Assembly (NCBI RefSeq): GCF_037042905.1
Contig: NC_087251.1
Location: 4,466,001 to 4,530,000, forward strand
Source of the DNA: Lytechinus pictus
Taxonomy: Eukaryota
Direction: 5' to 3'
DNA: 64,000 nucleotides
A model generated the notes under the pieces. The model worked only from the letters and a program-made list of their open reading frames with translations. It had not been told where the DNA came from and made no database searches. Position 1 is the first letter of the stretch. Each line of letters opens with the position of its first letter. A program made the position numbers and the translations under genes. Below, in pieces: positions 38,356 through 52,320 of the stretch.

Positions 38356-39261
38356 TTAAACCGTTCCGTGTTTTAACTGAGGTCATCACTAATTACATGA
38401 TTTGAACATCAGGAGTGATGTATCTTGGATATCTTATGGAATTGAAAGATGGCATAACCAACTCCTAGGTTGAGACGCATACTGGGGTAATCCCTTTATA
38501 TTCATACGATTAGTCTCTCTAGGGAGTAATCATAGTTGGACAAATGACGTACAATAATTCAAAATATGTAATTCGATTTTTTTTTTTAACATAGTAGTGT
38601 TCCTGTGAAAGTCTATTGTTGCCATGAGCGAAGGCGATGCTTAAGCGAACAAATGGGTCGCTCATCAGATCGTTACATTAGATTGAATATAACACATTTT
38701 CAATTTTTACTTTATTTTTGTTCGAGCACTTCGCCCGCAAAACTACTGAAAATATAGCAATAAAGTATCTAAAAGTATCTAGTTACAATTATGCAGGATT
38801 AGAAAACAGGTAATGCGGCTGTTTAATAAAAAGATTACCATTACAAAATATCTTATATTTCACGATCTTGCTTTGATTCTTGAACAAAGAGAGAGCGAGC
38901 GAGAAGAAAAAAGGATCGCACCGCAGAGATGATTACCAATTTACACACTTATAATGCTGACAATCAGTCATTCTTTTTCTATCAGTTTTCATTGGATTAA
39001 TATTCTAGCCCCCCCCCCCCCCCGCCCCATGATAACAAGACATGTAAGACAAAATCAATGATGTTATTTGATTCTCACAACGTGCACCCTAGAAGTTGTA
39101 CTGAACACGAGAGGGAACATAGTAGACTGGGAGGGCCAAAATATCATATTTCCAAACTATATGATGCTTCAGGCTAACCTGATAGAAGATGATATATCAC
39201 ATTTATGATGTAGCTTTATGTCTTTGATGTGACAGATGATGGGTGTTGGAGATTATTAAAA

Positions 39262-39426
39262 CCAGGGGAGCGTTTCATGAAAGGACTTGTCGGACGTTTT
39301 ATCCGACAAGTCACATTTTATCCGACAGTTACCATAGTAACAGTACCTCTCAGCCAATCAACATCAGAGAAAGATGTCAGATCTGACAACTTGTCGGATG
39401 AAAATGTTGATGAAACACTCCCCTGG
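39262..39426 (+). mobile_element. ~165-bp Harbinger-like MITE
   Basis: CCAGGGGAGCGTTTCAT...ATGAAACACTCCCCTGG; internal TTGTCGGA/TCCGACAA subrepeats. Confidence 0.85.
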
Positions 39427-40377
39427 TAGTTATGTCAAGGGTAGGACATGCTGGGACTGTTTATTGAACAGTAGCAGATTAAGATAGAGTCTTGGCCCTT
39501 TCACACATGTCAATATCTTATGAGCAAACTCACCCAAATGACCCAAATCTAACATTTAAAAAGAAACTCTTGAATTCTGAAATACAAATAATAAACTAAT
39601 GCATTTCATAAGAAATTGATAAAAGCAAACAAGCAAACAAAGTTGAAATCAAGAATAGGTACCAAATTCAATCACTACACGCACATTTTCCCCATATTTT
39701 TTTAAGGATATAATATGCTTCCGACTTTATTGGATCTACGATTAATTTTGATATAAAGTAGCAGAGTACCGCAACAGAATCACAACATATGAAAACGGTT
39801 CTTGAATAACATTTAAATTAGTTTATTTCTCTTAATCATTTACCCAAACACATAATATATTTATTAGCACTATTTTTACACAAAGATTTTTGTCATAGGT
39901 CTCCTTGTCGAAGATACAATACAAACATCTTTGTAAGGTATATCACTCACCATCTAAAGGGGAAACAGTGTACATAGGGGCAAGTCAACATAGTCTCTAC
40001 GATCAAGTAATGGCCTACATCAACTAAATGAGACTTGATTAATAAGATAAAAGCATTCGCAGGAATAAAGTCCCTGATAGTAATATATCGTATTATCAAG
40101 GGCAGGCTGTTTAATCCATCTGACCCATGTATGAAATGAAAATGAATTCCTTCACCTTGTACACATATACTACCACTAAAATGAGAAATACAATTAAAAT
40201 TATTTGGAAGCTAGTAAATAAAAGAGTAAAGTTTTTAGTCCTTCATGTTTAGTACTTATAGCCTATATCATCGTTATTTTGCACGATGTTGCTGTAATCA
40301 CATAAAAATGAAATATTCGAATCATTTCATACTTTGTTTAGGGTAAATTGGGTGTTATATAACTGAGATCTAGACAA

Positions 40378-40539
40378 CTGGGGAGCGTTCATCAACATTA
40401 TTGTCCGACAAGATGTTAGATCCGACGACTTTCCTTGATGTTGATTGGCTAAGAAGCAGTGTTACTATGGTAACTGTCGGATAAAATAGGACTTGTCGGA
40501 TAAAACGCCCGACAACTCCTTTCATGAAACGCTCCCCTG
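40378..40539 (-). mobile_element. Second copy of the same MITE, inverted
   Basis: CTG|GGGAGCG...CGCTCCC|CTG (3-bp CTG duplication); reverse complement of 39262-39426. Confidence 0.85.
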
Positions 40540-40904
40540 ATAAGTATTTTTCAAATTTATTTTGGTACGTAACAATCAAACTCTATTCTTTAACATTAAA
40601 AAATAGATAATTACCCAACAAGGTCAGTTTTGCTGACAATAAGTAGAGATCCAACCAATAAAGGCTGCTTGATATGATTGTCACTGAATATTAATTCATA
40701 AGATATGAATGACATTTTCATGATTAAGTTAAACCAACGCCACACACTTTCTTTTCAATGACATCCTCAATTTGGGGGTAGTAAGCAAATAATCGGCAAT
40801 TACGCAATATGATGTAACTGTCTTTCTAGAGCGAAACCGAGCAAAAATAGTGTTAGATCCATATTACTGATAAAGCGCTACTGCTTCTTATTGCTTGAAA
40901 TTAA

Positions 40905-41496
40905 AGGACAAGTCCACCCCAACATAAAGTTACTTTAAATAAAAAGAGAAAAATCCAACAAGCATAACAGTCAAAATTTCATCAAAATCGGATGTAAAAT
41001 AAGGAAGTTATGACATTTTAAAGTTTCGCTGAATTTCACAATACAGTTATATGCACATCCTGGCTGGTATGCAAATGAGGAGATTAGGACGTCATCCACT
41101 CACTATTTATTTTGTATTTTATTATATAAAATATGAAATATTCTAATTTTCTCCTCATTGTCAAGTGTTACAACGATTAATTCCTCCCTGAACATGTGGA
41201 ATTAGCATTGTTTAATACTATATGTTTCAGTCAAGTTGGTCCTTATTGTCAAATCTATAAAAAAATGAAATATTGTATAATTCAAACAATAAAAAACAAA
41301 AGAAATAGTGAGTGATGGACATCATCGACTGACTCACCTAGTTGTGCATATCACTGTTATGTGAAAAATAAGTGAAACTTTAAAATGTCATAACTTTTTT
41401 ATTTTACATCCGATTTTGATGAAATTTTCAGCACTATGCTAGTTTGATTTTTCTCTATTTATTCAAGTCAGCATTTTCCTGGGCTGGACTTGACCT
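40905..41496. mobile_element. Family C Kolobok-like MITE (full length)
   Basis: TTAA|AGGACAAGTCCACCCC...GCTGGACTTGACCT|TTAA. Confidence 0.92.
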
Positions 41497-42217
41497 TTAA
41501 TTATTTCAATCAGTTATTGATTTTCTAACAGTTAGAGAAAGCAAGTTATATTATTTAAAAAGATAAAAATAAATGTGTTTGATTACTGCATTTCTATAAC
41601 CAAACTATCACTAGTAACCTATATCCTACATGTGTATATATAAATAAACATGTATGATGAAGAGTTAAAATGAAAATCAGCACATTTCAGGCAATTAATA
41701 TGGTATTTTTGGCAGAATTGAACTCATCAACATACTTCTATGTAAATGTATCCAACATATACAGAGTAAATAGATCAAGACAACATCTGGATACCAGATC
41801 TATGTTTCATTAAGTTCAACCACCTATAACAAAGCATACTACAAATCATTCAGATTTTCTACCTGAACAATGCATGTCATTAAATATGACAATCATATTT
41901 CTACATCATGTCATTTATCCTTTTTTTTCTCTAATATCATATTCATTCATCTTCCATTTAATTGTACATTTTATATTTTTGTAATTCTTTTGCAAATAAT
42001 ACCTATTTCTATAAAACATCTTCAATCAGAAAAATACTTAATTCTCATAAGTATTAATAATGAATGGTGATACGTAGTAACCAATAGATGTGATGAAATT
42101 ATCTTTCTACACTTTATTAAACTATATGAAACATAAATATATACTTCTACAAACAGCTCATGAAAAAAAAAAAGAATATAAGGCACTGTTTGTTATGATG
42201 AAAAATAATAACCAAAT

Positions 42218-42582
42218 GGGCTATTCCACGGTTACTCACGTTACATTTGGAGACACCTTGACTCATACTTGGAGCTGTAACTCCATTATTATTGATAGGA
42301 ACTAAACATCTCTTTATCACAACATAGTATGCAGTCTGACTATCCTTTGTATAAAAACAAAACTCAGGAAATTTCATTATGCTCCTGGCAAATCTTTGAA
42401 ATGTGTCGGTTACTCATGTTACATGATTTGGACATGCAAGGCTTTTATGAAAGTTGATTATATCCATTTCAAAGAAGTATATTAGGGAGACAAATTTGTA
42501 TATAATTAAAAAAATAAAGAACACATGGTTTTTACTAGGGGTGCAGATAAAGTGGTTACTCACGTTACGGTTCAGATGGGCT
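42218..42582 (+). mobile_element. 365-bp element with same-orientation GGTTACTCACGTTAC motifs, unclassified
   Basis: Motif at 42230, 42408 (one mismatch) and 42554; start GGGCTATTCCA-motif-ATTTGGAGA parallels the start of 31410. Confidence 0.55.
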
Positions 42583-43438
42583 ATATGTACAAAGACACAT
42601 TGAGCTCATGTCCATCAACCTATGGAATTGCCCAAATACTTATATCTTAGTGCTTTATTGATAACCCATTTATATCATAGAAACTTAAACAAAAGTAAAC
42701 ACAGATTTATATTATATTAGATATTGTAATTAATAAAAATAAATCATAATAAATGAACTTTTGAGATAAAATATAGAAACAAACAAAATCAAATAAATCA
42801 CATTTAATTTACAACCAATGTGATGATAGAATACATGGCAATAAAGCCATTAAATTTACAACAAACAAATAATGCACTCATTGAATTGAATATAAAAATT
42901 CATAGAAATCCATATGATTGAAATGACAGATATATAAATATGATCAGACTAAAACTGGAATGAGACAAGGCTGTCATATTTGAATTTACCCAACATATTA
43001 TGACCCATGTGTAAATAGTATGCCTTCTCAAAATTTTATATCCTGAACAAGGTTAACTACATGTAATATTTGTCATCATAAAAAACAATTGGAAATTTAA
43101 AGATATGTCAAAGACATATCAAAGAAATATGTACATCCCTTCCTTATCCTTTGGCCAAGATAGGCCATGTTAACTTCAATTAAAACAAAAACTATTCAAA
43201 CAGATATGTTTAAAAAGCAATATGCAATGTAAAGTGATCTGAGTGATCACATACTTCTTATGGAGAAGCCCGAATCTACAAAAGAGAAATGGATCATATG
43301 TTGAATCAAAAACAAAGAAGATAAACCATTCCATCAAACCATTGAGGGAAAGGTGATTATCCTACTATTGCGCCTCTAAGGTATTCATTACTAAAACGAG
43401 CCTTAAACTACAATCAAATAATGCAATCATTCACAGGT

Positions 43439-43444
43439 TTTATT
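43439..43444 (-). promoter_or_regulatory. Candidate SEL1L polyadenylation signal
   Basis: AATAAA on - about 360 nt past the stop, followed by T-rich sequence; alternatives at 42823 (ATTAAA) and 42654 (AATAAA). Confidence 0.35.
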
Positions 43445-43805
43445 CAATGAAACAAGGTTTCTAAAGTAATCAAGATTGGTTGTGGGGGAGAGAGTTACTT
43501 GGATGCACCATTTTATCCTAACAGTAGAATTTGGTAAAGCATTTGCATGTTGGAATGATACCAGCATATTAATTGTCAAGACAACTTCACATACTATGAT
43601 GGGCACAGGAAAAGGGGACATTATATTTGTTATACATGTACATGCTACTTCCTTTCTGGTTGGGTTTAAATGATGATGAACCATCATCACAGTAATGACC
43701 AGTCAAATGTCCATTGCTGGGAATTAAGTGGAAGAATCGAAGGGTGGGGATAAGAATGGGAAGGAGAGAGTAGGAAGGGGGATGTAAGGATGAGAAGAAG
43801 GGGGA

Positions 43806-43940
43806 TTAAACAAAGTGTCTCCTGGCTAAGACAAGCACCCCAAGCATGATATTGAGTCCTAATAGAGATGTGATGATGTATACATCCCAGTACTGACCAA
43901 ACAATGCATCCATGTCCAGTGTCTTTAGAACATCTGAATT
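43806..43940 (-). CDS. SEL1L: SEL1L last coding exon (transmembrane anchor)
   Basis: Strong acceptor (long pyrimidine tract...CCCATAG); reads NSDVLKTLDMDALFGQYWDVYIITSLLGLNIMLGVLVLARRHFV*, matching the LDMD..LG..WD.Y...TM region of vertebrate SEL1L; phase 0 agrees with the preceding exon. Confidence 0.9.
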   Translation of the reverse strand, partial: NSDVLKTLDMDALFGQYWDVYIITSLLGLNIMLGVLVLARRHFV

Positions 43941-45894
43941 CTATGGGAGATACAACAAAAGAAGAAGAAAAAAAAGAGTAATAAATTGGATTTTCTTCCA
44001 CATTATGAAAACGATGCAGCATTGTTTGTACAATGGTCATTACTTTACATGAGATTTGATGCTTGGAAGTCCTATCGAGGCAAAATGTTATCAGAGGATT
44101 ACAATTTATGCGTGACATAAATATAAGCAATTGAAGAAATAGATGGTCAAGAAATTAAGACTATATATAATATGGGGGATGTAAAGAAGTGTTGGTAAAT
44201 CAAATGTTGAGAATGTGTTTTTTGTTACTTGTGCATGCATCACATATGAACTGTGACTGATCAGGTTGTGTAGACATCGCAGTATATCAGAATTATGAGT
44301 CTTCCCCGGTATATTGAATTCATAAACTAAACAAACACAGAGGCAAAAAATAGACAATTTGCCTGGGGCTCACAACCATTCAATAGCTTATTTTCTCTCT
44401 TGATCCTGATCCACAGTATACATCACATGTATGATCTGTTGATTGAAACAAATTAGCAATCAAGATGAATTCATAGGATAGGCCTAGAGGGGTGGAAAAT
44501 ATAGAGCAATACAGAGGAATTAGTGATGAGTTGCTGTCAGCAGCTTAACACGCATCACAGTGATTTACATGCAGAGAAATGCTACATTGGCTTTACTTTT
44601 ATGCCCCCAAGAGCCAGAGGGTGACCAATATTCTTGCGTAGGTAAAGCCGATTATTTCATATAAATGTAAATTACAAGGCAAGGGTTGCGGAGAAGACCT
44701 TGTCAATTTTTTCTCTATAAATATTGAGTTAATTATGTTGGGTGTCCATCATTCATCAACATGACTTGATTTCAAGTCTCTTTTCATATGATTAGGAATT
44801 AAATATTAATTTGATATTGTATTTCTCAAATCATGCTACATTAGCTGCTTGTTTGCACACTTAATTGACATCTAATTTCCAGAAGTTACGATATACAAAT
44901 ATGGAGAAGTTCTTACATATTTTCATTAATGCTATGTAATATGTCTTAAACAAACAATTGTGACAGTTTCTGTATCATATGGTTTAGACAAGAAAGTTGA
45001 TATTACATACATTGACATCTTTCCCTATGTGAATGATCAAAATATATCACAGGATGAAATTATATAATTTATAAATAGGGGATCAAATTGAGAACAGATG
45101 TCTTCTATTTGCAACTACTTTGCAAGAATGATCCAAGAAATGAAAACTAAATGTGACAGTCTATTTAGTTAATCGTTCATCGTCAACCATTTACGTGATG
45201 GCTGAAGCAAGTTGGAAGGTGTTTTCCATCCTACTGTTAATGGGTACTGTTAATCATTCACTCATGTTACAAGTCCATCCTCCATATGGTCTTTCATCAT
45301 TAGAAAGCATTCATGCTCATTAAAAACAACATAAATCATCATTCACTATCAGCAGTTGGTTCCTTAAATCTTGAATGCTATCTAGAATCCTGCCTGTTTG
45401 AAAAATAATGAGTAAACTTTGCTAGAAATATGAATTTTAACACAATTCAAGTCTTTACTGTTAAATAACTGATGTAAAAATACCTCAAGCTTTATAAAAG
45501 TGAACATTTGCCCATAGTCCCCTCCCACAAAAACCTCAAAAAACTTCATGTTGATTTGTAAACTGGGGTTTGCCTACAGAATAATAATTTCACAAACAAA
45601 TAAATATATATGTACTTTGAAGCATCAAGTCATAGTCGATGTCAGCTATGTGATACTATGCATGGGGTAATTGAAAAAAAATGACACACCTTATCTGGTA
45701 ACCTTTGACCCTTTCACATTACATCCAGTAGGTTCATATCTTCACATGATAAACAGGTCATATAGGATTAACATGATATAGGAGTTTGAATGTTCAAATA
45801 ACATTTCTGTGACATATCCTTGAAAATGATTTTTTTTTCTTTCCAGAATTAAATAAACCCAAGCATATGAAAATGCAAGATAGCAAACATTACT

Positions 45895-47045
45895 AAACAA
45901 GTGGAATGCCTCTGGTGGTCTCACCTGCATCACGCGATTCAATAAAGCAGCAGTGCTGACTTTGAAAAACACCATTTAAATAATTATTCACAAAAAACAC
46001 CATTCATATAATGATACAATACTATGTTCATTGACATTGGACCTTGATCATGTGACCTAAAACTTGTCAGTGATACTCGATTACCCCTATATCCACATTT
46101 TATACACTATATCTATAAACTTTGAAAGTTATGACAGCAATCTAATAATTACCTCTAAAATTGCCAAAGTTCAATGACCTTAAATGACCTTTGACTTTGG
46201 TCATGTGACCTGAAACTCACATGAGATGTTCAGTGATACTTGACGACTCTTATGTCCAAGTTTTATGAACTAGACCAATATACTTACAGAGTTATGATGG
46301 TAATTCAACAAATACCCCCAACATGGCCAATATCCATTGACCTTTGACCTTGGTCATGTGACCTGAAACTCGCACAGGATGTTCAGTGATACTTGATTAC
46401 TCTTATGTCCAAGTTTCATGAGTCAGATACATAAACTTTCAAAGTTATGATGGTAATTCAACAGATACCCCCATTACGGCCAAAGTTCATTGACCTTTGA
46501 CCTTGGTCATGTGACCTGAAATGCACACAGGATGTTTAGTGATACTTGATTACTCTTATGTCCAAGTTTTATGAACTAGACCAATATACTTTCAAAGTTA
46601 TGATGGTAATTCAACAAATACCCCCAATTTGCCCAAAGTTCATTGACCCTAAATGACCGTTGACCTTAATCATGTGACCTGAAACTTGCACAGGATGTTC
46701 AGTGATACTTGATTACTATTATGTCCAAGTTTCATGAATCAGAATTTTATCAGATCCATAAACTTTCAAAGTTATGATGGTAATTCAACAGATACCCCCA
46801 ATTTGGCCAAAGTTCATTGACCCTAAATGACCTCTGACCTTGGTCATGTGACGTGAAACTCATGCAAGATGTTCAGTAATGCTTGATTAATCTTATGTCC
46901 AAGTTTCATGAACTAGGTCCATATATTTTCTAAGTTATGCTGTCCTTTCAAAAACTTAACCTTAGGTTAAGATTTGGTGATGACGCCGCCGCCGTCGGAA
47001 AAGCGGCGCCTATAGTCTCACTCTGCTATGCAGGTGAGACAAAAA
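45895..47045 (-). mobile_element. Helentron/DINE-1-like non-autonomous element with ~153-bp internal tandem repeats
   Basis: Subterminal inverted repeat GTCTCACCTGCAT (~45918) / ATGCAGGTGAGAC (47028-47040); terminal hairpin GTCTCACTCTGC-TAT-GCAGGTGAGAC; A-run flanks; TCATGTGAC anchors at 46048, 46201, 46354, 46507, 46670 and 46844. Confidence 0.75.
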
Positions 47046-47390
47046 CATTGGCGTAGTAGGGGTCGGTGGCTGGGGGGGGGGGGGGTTGGGCAAGAGCCAA
47101 AAATTCCCGGTCATATCATAGTATAAACAGGTAATGGCATGAGGCAAAAATTTTGAGGGGCACACCATTGCAAATGTGCAAAAATTTATAAAAAGTCACC
47201 AGCGAGCGAAGCAAGCCAGAAATGAAAATGGCCTTTTGAAATGAAATTCTAATCATGTGATAGATTTTTACATCACAGCATACAGCATGTGATATTTTAT
47301 TGTTTTCCATTCATTTCATTTTGTTGCCTCCTTTATTTTCTTTTATTTCCCCTTGGCTGTGGAACCACCCCCCCCCCCCGTACGCCAGTG
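47046..47390. mobile_element. MITE with G/C-run subterminal structure (hAT-like termini)
   Basis: CATTGGCGTA...TACGCCAGTG; no TSD recognisable. Confidence 0.6.
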
Positions 47391-48859
47391 CTCCAACGTA
47401 AAGCTTAATCCAGGAAGGGTCTATACAGGGCCCGTTATAGAGCCCTTTAAAAGTTACAGATGAAGAGCCCCATTACAAGGGGTCTTGCGCAGAGCCCCCG
47501 GAAGCTTTGGAGATTTTAATAGCAATCTTATGATAGACTTCATACATAAGGTTTATACCATCCATCTTTCTTCCCGTTCTTAATTTTCAATCCTCGGCTG
47601 CCCGGTCGTGTTATCTTGTCCCTTTTCTTCATTTGGCCCATTCTATTCTTCCTTAATTTCCTGCTTTTTTCCCTTTTTCTCATCTTTTAATTTATTTCCT
47701 TTTTTAATAATGCTAATGTATTGATATATTGGGGTGATTTGTTCTTTCTCACATGTTCTTCTTTCCTTTTTTTTTCACTTTTTTCTTCAATTTAAATGTT
47801 TTTCTTAGTTTTCTTTTCATCTTATATCTTTCCCTTTCCTTTTCCCAAAATTCCTAATTTTCTTCCTTTTTCTTGACCTGTCTTTTTCCCCTTTCCCTGT
47901 TTCTCTTTGTTTAAATTTTCCAGGTGAACTCCACCCAGGCCCCCCCTGCCCCCCCCCCCCCCCCCCCCCCCGTCTGTTCCAATACTGCTCAAAAACACTA
48001 TTGAGGAACCATCATTTCAAGGATCTTCCATTCAAAATGACTTCTCTGTCCCTAAATTTAAGTTATTTGAGTCTGACAATAATCCAAGAAAAATAAAAAT
48101 TTCCTGATGGTGTAAATCGTCACCAAGGAGGTGCCACATGTCAACCAAATTTCCAAATCATAAAAGCAAGACATGGTCTTTTGTCTGTTAACCTACTTAT
48201 CCATCCCTTTTCCTAGAAAGCTATTGAGTTAAAGCTTGTCAATGGCATCCTTCTTGTAATTTCCTCTCAATGACCCCACTGAATTCCCTGAACTGTGCAC
48301 TTCTTGACATCAACAAATCTTATCCATAACAATCCACATGCCAGACAAGGAACACAAACAAGTACAGTACATTACAAATAAAACATTACCCATAACATAC
48401 TCCTTTTATCACCTGCCTCGAAAGTCTGCAGACCAGACATGAGGAATTATTCTGCTCTAAAATTCTCTACAATGCCTTGGCCATATATTAGCCTTCCCAA
48501 ATACCACCATCTGTATCCCAATTTCCTCTCATTTCATGGTCTGAGTGTCTTGAAGTTACATACCAGATAAGGCTCCATTTCAATAACATTACCATTTAGT
48601 TAAATGAGCATTAAAAAGCTGAAACTTATCCCCTTCCCCTCTATTACTTTCTCTCTTTATTTTTTTCTATGAGTTGATCTGAACCAAAACAGAATCGCAG
48701 GCAAATACAATGTAATGTGTGAAAATGTGAAGTAAATTTAAAGCAACGTTACCATCACAGGAAAATTCATTTCAACTGCAAAATCAATGATGTGAGGGGA
48801 AGGAGCTGCAAAAACTCAATGATATCGCACAGAAAAAATGACAATTAAAAGAACTTTAA

Positions 48860-49445
48860 AGGAGAATGAAACCCTTGAAACCAGCTGAATCCATATCAAA
48901 GAGAAAAATCAAAGAAACATATTGTTGAAAGTTTGAGGAAGATTGAATAAATAATAAGAAAGTTATGAGCATTTGAATATTGAGATTACTAATGCCATGT
49001 AGATCCTCCGATTGGCAATGCGACCAAGATCTGTGATGTCACACACGTACAACTTTCTCATTACTTTAGTACTTATTTCACTTATATTCTCACTTTTATA
49101 GAGTCTATCACAAGGTGAGGTGTTCTCCTTATGAGAGGACAAGTACAGAGGTTTCACAACATTATATCATTGATGAATCGTTTGTCATATATGATTAGAA
49201 TGAGCAAAAAGAGATGTTTTGGGGTATATTTTCAGTGTCCAAAAGGGGAGAGTTGTTCATCTGTGACATCATAGATCTTGGTCGCATTGCCAATAAGAGG
49301 ATCTCCATAGCATTAGTGATCTCGACATTCAAATGCTCATAACTCTTCTATTGCTAGTCCTATTTTACTGAAACTTTTGTTGATCTTATTCTTTGATTTT
49401 TCTGCTTTCACAAAAGTTAACTTGCTCCAAGAGTTTCATTCTCCT
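48860..49445. mobile_element. 586-bp Kolobok-like MITE (family E)
   Basis: TTAA|AGGAGAATGAAACCCTTG...CAAGAGTTTCATTCTCCT|TTAA; long internal inverted repeat TTGGCAATGCGACCAAGATCT/AGATCTTGGTCGCATTGCCAA. Confidence 0.92.
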
Positions 49446-49810
49446 TTAAGGAATGTGAACAATGTATTGGGGTGACCCTAACTATTGTATGTCTTCATTT
49501 CTGCTCTAAATGAATAATAATCAGTATCCTCACATTTTGTCAAGCTGAATAACAATAGCCCATATTTGGGAAATATGATGCTACATTAATGGTGGCTTTA
49601 ATGAAAAGACACCAACAATAGACCAAGAAACTGATTTGTAGGTACCCTATTTAATGAAATACTTAAGTAACACTCTGTAAAACACGTATTAAAAATATTT
49701 GATACTCATTTCAACCATACATAATCATAATGTAAAGCCTATCTTGGCTAATATAGTGAATACTATATTAAATCCTCTGATAAACATTTAGTTGTAAATG
49801 GTGAATTTAT

Positions 49811-50224
49811 CGCATGCATTCGTTATTCCGAAGGTTCGGATATTCCGAAGGTTCGTATTTCCGAAGGTTCGTAATTCCGAAGGTTCGTTAGTCCGAAAAC
49901 GAAATGAGGTTCGTAATTCCGAAGGTTCGTTAATCCGAAAACGAAATGAGGTTCGTAATTCCGAAGGTTTGTTAGTCCGAAAACTAATGATTAACGAACC
50001 TTATTTCGTTTTCGGACTAACGAACCTTCGAAACAACGAACCTTATTTCGTTTTCGGACTTACGAACCTTCGGAACATCGAACCTTCGGAATAACGCCAC
50101 AAATGTTCGGATTAACGAACCCTTTTACGTTTTCGGATTAACGAACATCGAGGTATAGGCAATTTACGTGTTTCAGAATTACGAACCGTCGTAATAAAGA
50201 ACCTTCGGAATTACGAAGTGTAAC
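49811..50224. mobile_element. Foldback MITE built of ~16-bp repeats, 9-bp TSD (MULE-like)
   Basis: TTCGTAATTCCGAAGG-type repeats in the left half and their reverse complements in the right half; TGAATTTAT at 49802-49810 and 50225-50233. Confidence 0.85.
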
Positions 50225-52320
50225 TGAATTTATTATGCATATTTTTGAAAAAATTCTATGTCCTGCTGAAAAGAGAAGCCTTTAAACTGATGCAGTGAAG
50301 GTGTGAATTTGAGATGGTTGGGATTGTTGAGGATGTGTCTCCAATGAGCACATTACATAGTGTGTGATCAACCAGGCTTAACTGAGGATGGTGGAAATAG
50401 CCCACAAACATAATGGGTGACACTTGAGCTTTATCCTAGTGGTATCATTCACACCAGAAATAATCACAAATCAGGTTTGGAAAACAAGTTTTTAAGTTCC
50501 AGAGCTGTGGAAATTAAAATGAAATAAAGCTTAACAGAATAAAATGAAATCACCATCGTTGTGTTTATATGGGTTGTGTGCCAAACAAATCTGGTAAAAA
50601 TTGTAATTGTTCACTAATACTAAGAAAAATAAGCATACCATACCGTCTGCAAAGAAAGGGATTTTTCAAGTTATATAATACACATGGGCCCATATGTACT
50701 TGTATTTGTAATTTTTTGTTTTCAAAATTTTCAGCTCAGATTTCATCAAGACTACTGGTTCAATTAATCTTGATCTTAGACTTCTTCTTGGTGGTGTTGT
50801 TCCATGTGACCACTCAAATTTAGCTGCCTGTAACCAGTTTATCTTTTATAATAAAAAATTAAATTTGTCCCAAATGCTGTTGGGTGATATTGGCATCATG
50901 TTATAAAGGAAATTGAATTCAGTTTCAAGTGACGCCATCAGAAAAAACACCACATGAATCAAAACCTGTCTATGAAACTGAATAAAAGGACACAAAAATT
51001 CCTTAAGTATTCTTTTGTTGATCATTAAGCAAAGGGTACATCATGGTAATATAAAGAGTTTAATCCTGTAAAACAAAACACAGTACTTACATGTATTCTG
51101 AAGACCTCTTTATTAAATATTACATGCAGAATTCACTCAAGAATTTTTGTAAGAATAATGAATGAGTTTACTGCAGTGTAAATGAACTATTAATAATTAA
51201 CATGTGGAAGGAAAAAAAAATGTAGAGCAATTTTTCTTCAAGGACAAAGTTTATATCTTCATGAAGCTTTAGTGGATAACATTACGTCCTTAGAATCAGA
51301 CACAAGTGTTTTTAATAATATTGTTATACTTAAGGTTGCAATAAGATTTGGTACCTATATAAGGGATACAATTTTTACCACAAGACAACAATCATGTGTA
51401 TTCATGTAGGAAAAATATTATAAAAGACAATATTTGTTCCCTTAATTATATTTCACTTGAATAGTTCATCAACACTAGTCTAAATCGTTACAAACACTAA
51501 CAATGATGAATGGAAGATATGTATTCTTCTGGATACTTCAATAATATTTAACAGTGAATAGTTGGGAGACCAACGATGCATGGGATTTTCTGTGACTTAG
51601 TTTAAGATCACAGGCATGAGGTATTGATATTCAGACCGTCTTGATCACCAGAGTACCCATGAAATTACAAGAACATGTTCAGACTAAAAAATACCCAATA
51701 ACTACTTTCCACATTCAAACCACCCCGAAGCACACCCTTTTGGGTTAAGCTACTAGCATACGCAGTATGGTCTGATAAGCAGGCAAGGCCCAACTGCTCA
51801 CTGGATGGAGAAAGTTCTCATAATTTGCTTTCACACTGCCAAAATCCTTACAACCTTGGAAAAATCCCTGCGAAAGTTTTTACAATTTTAGCACGAATTG
51901 ACAATGTTCCATGGTTTTGATTGACTGGGTGAAAACTTTCATGAAATGATTTCCTGTAAACATGATCATCTATATTTTCTTCTCAATTAGGTTTTATAAA
52001 TAAATATACATCATACTATAATTAATATTTTGAAGTTAATTCTACTAACAACTTGTTGTAATGTTCCTAGACTTTATGTAATTGTGCAGAAAGAGGTGTG
52101 TGGGTGTGGATGTTTTACAGCTATGAATTTGTGTATACTATTCGAGATGAACTATCAATGACATACATTTTGCAATATTGGAAGATTCAGTGCTGAATAT
52201 ATTTATGAGAGGACTTCATCTCAATATCTCAAAGTACTTCTGTAACTATGAAGACAATTGTCAAATTCATGCAATCATCTTTTGGGACAAAAAAAACCCA
52301 AAGAGAATCCAATTTCTTAA

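Noticed and set aside
45320..45393. Minus-strand acceptor followed by RILDSIQDLRNQL..., SAM-domain-like
   Set aside because: Lies in the SEL1L intron, is out of phase with the SEL1L exon (would read AGF*), and has no partner exon.
48190..48330. Possible minus-strand exon
   Set aside because: Stops in all frames; more like a decayed LINE 3' end.
49798..50094. 98-aa repetitive ORF
   Set aside because: Translation of the foldback MITE's 16-bp repeats.
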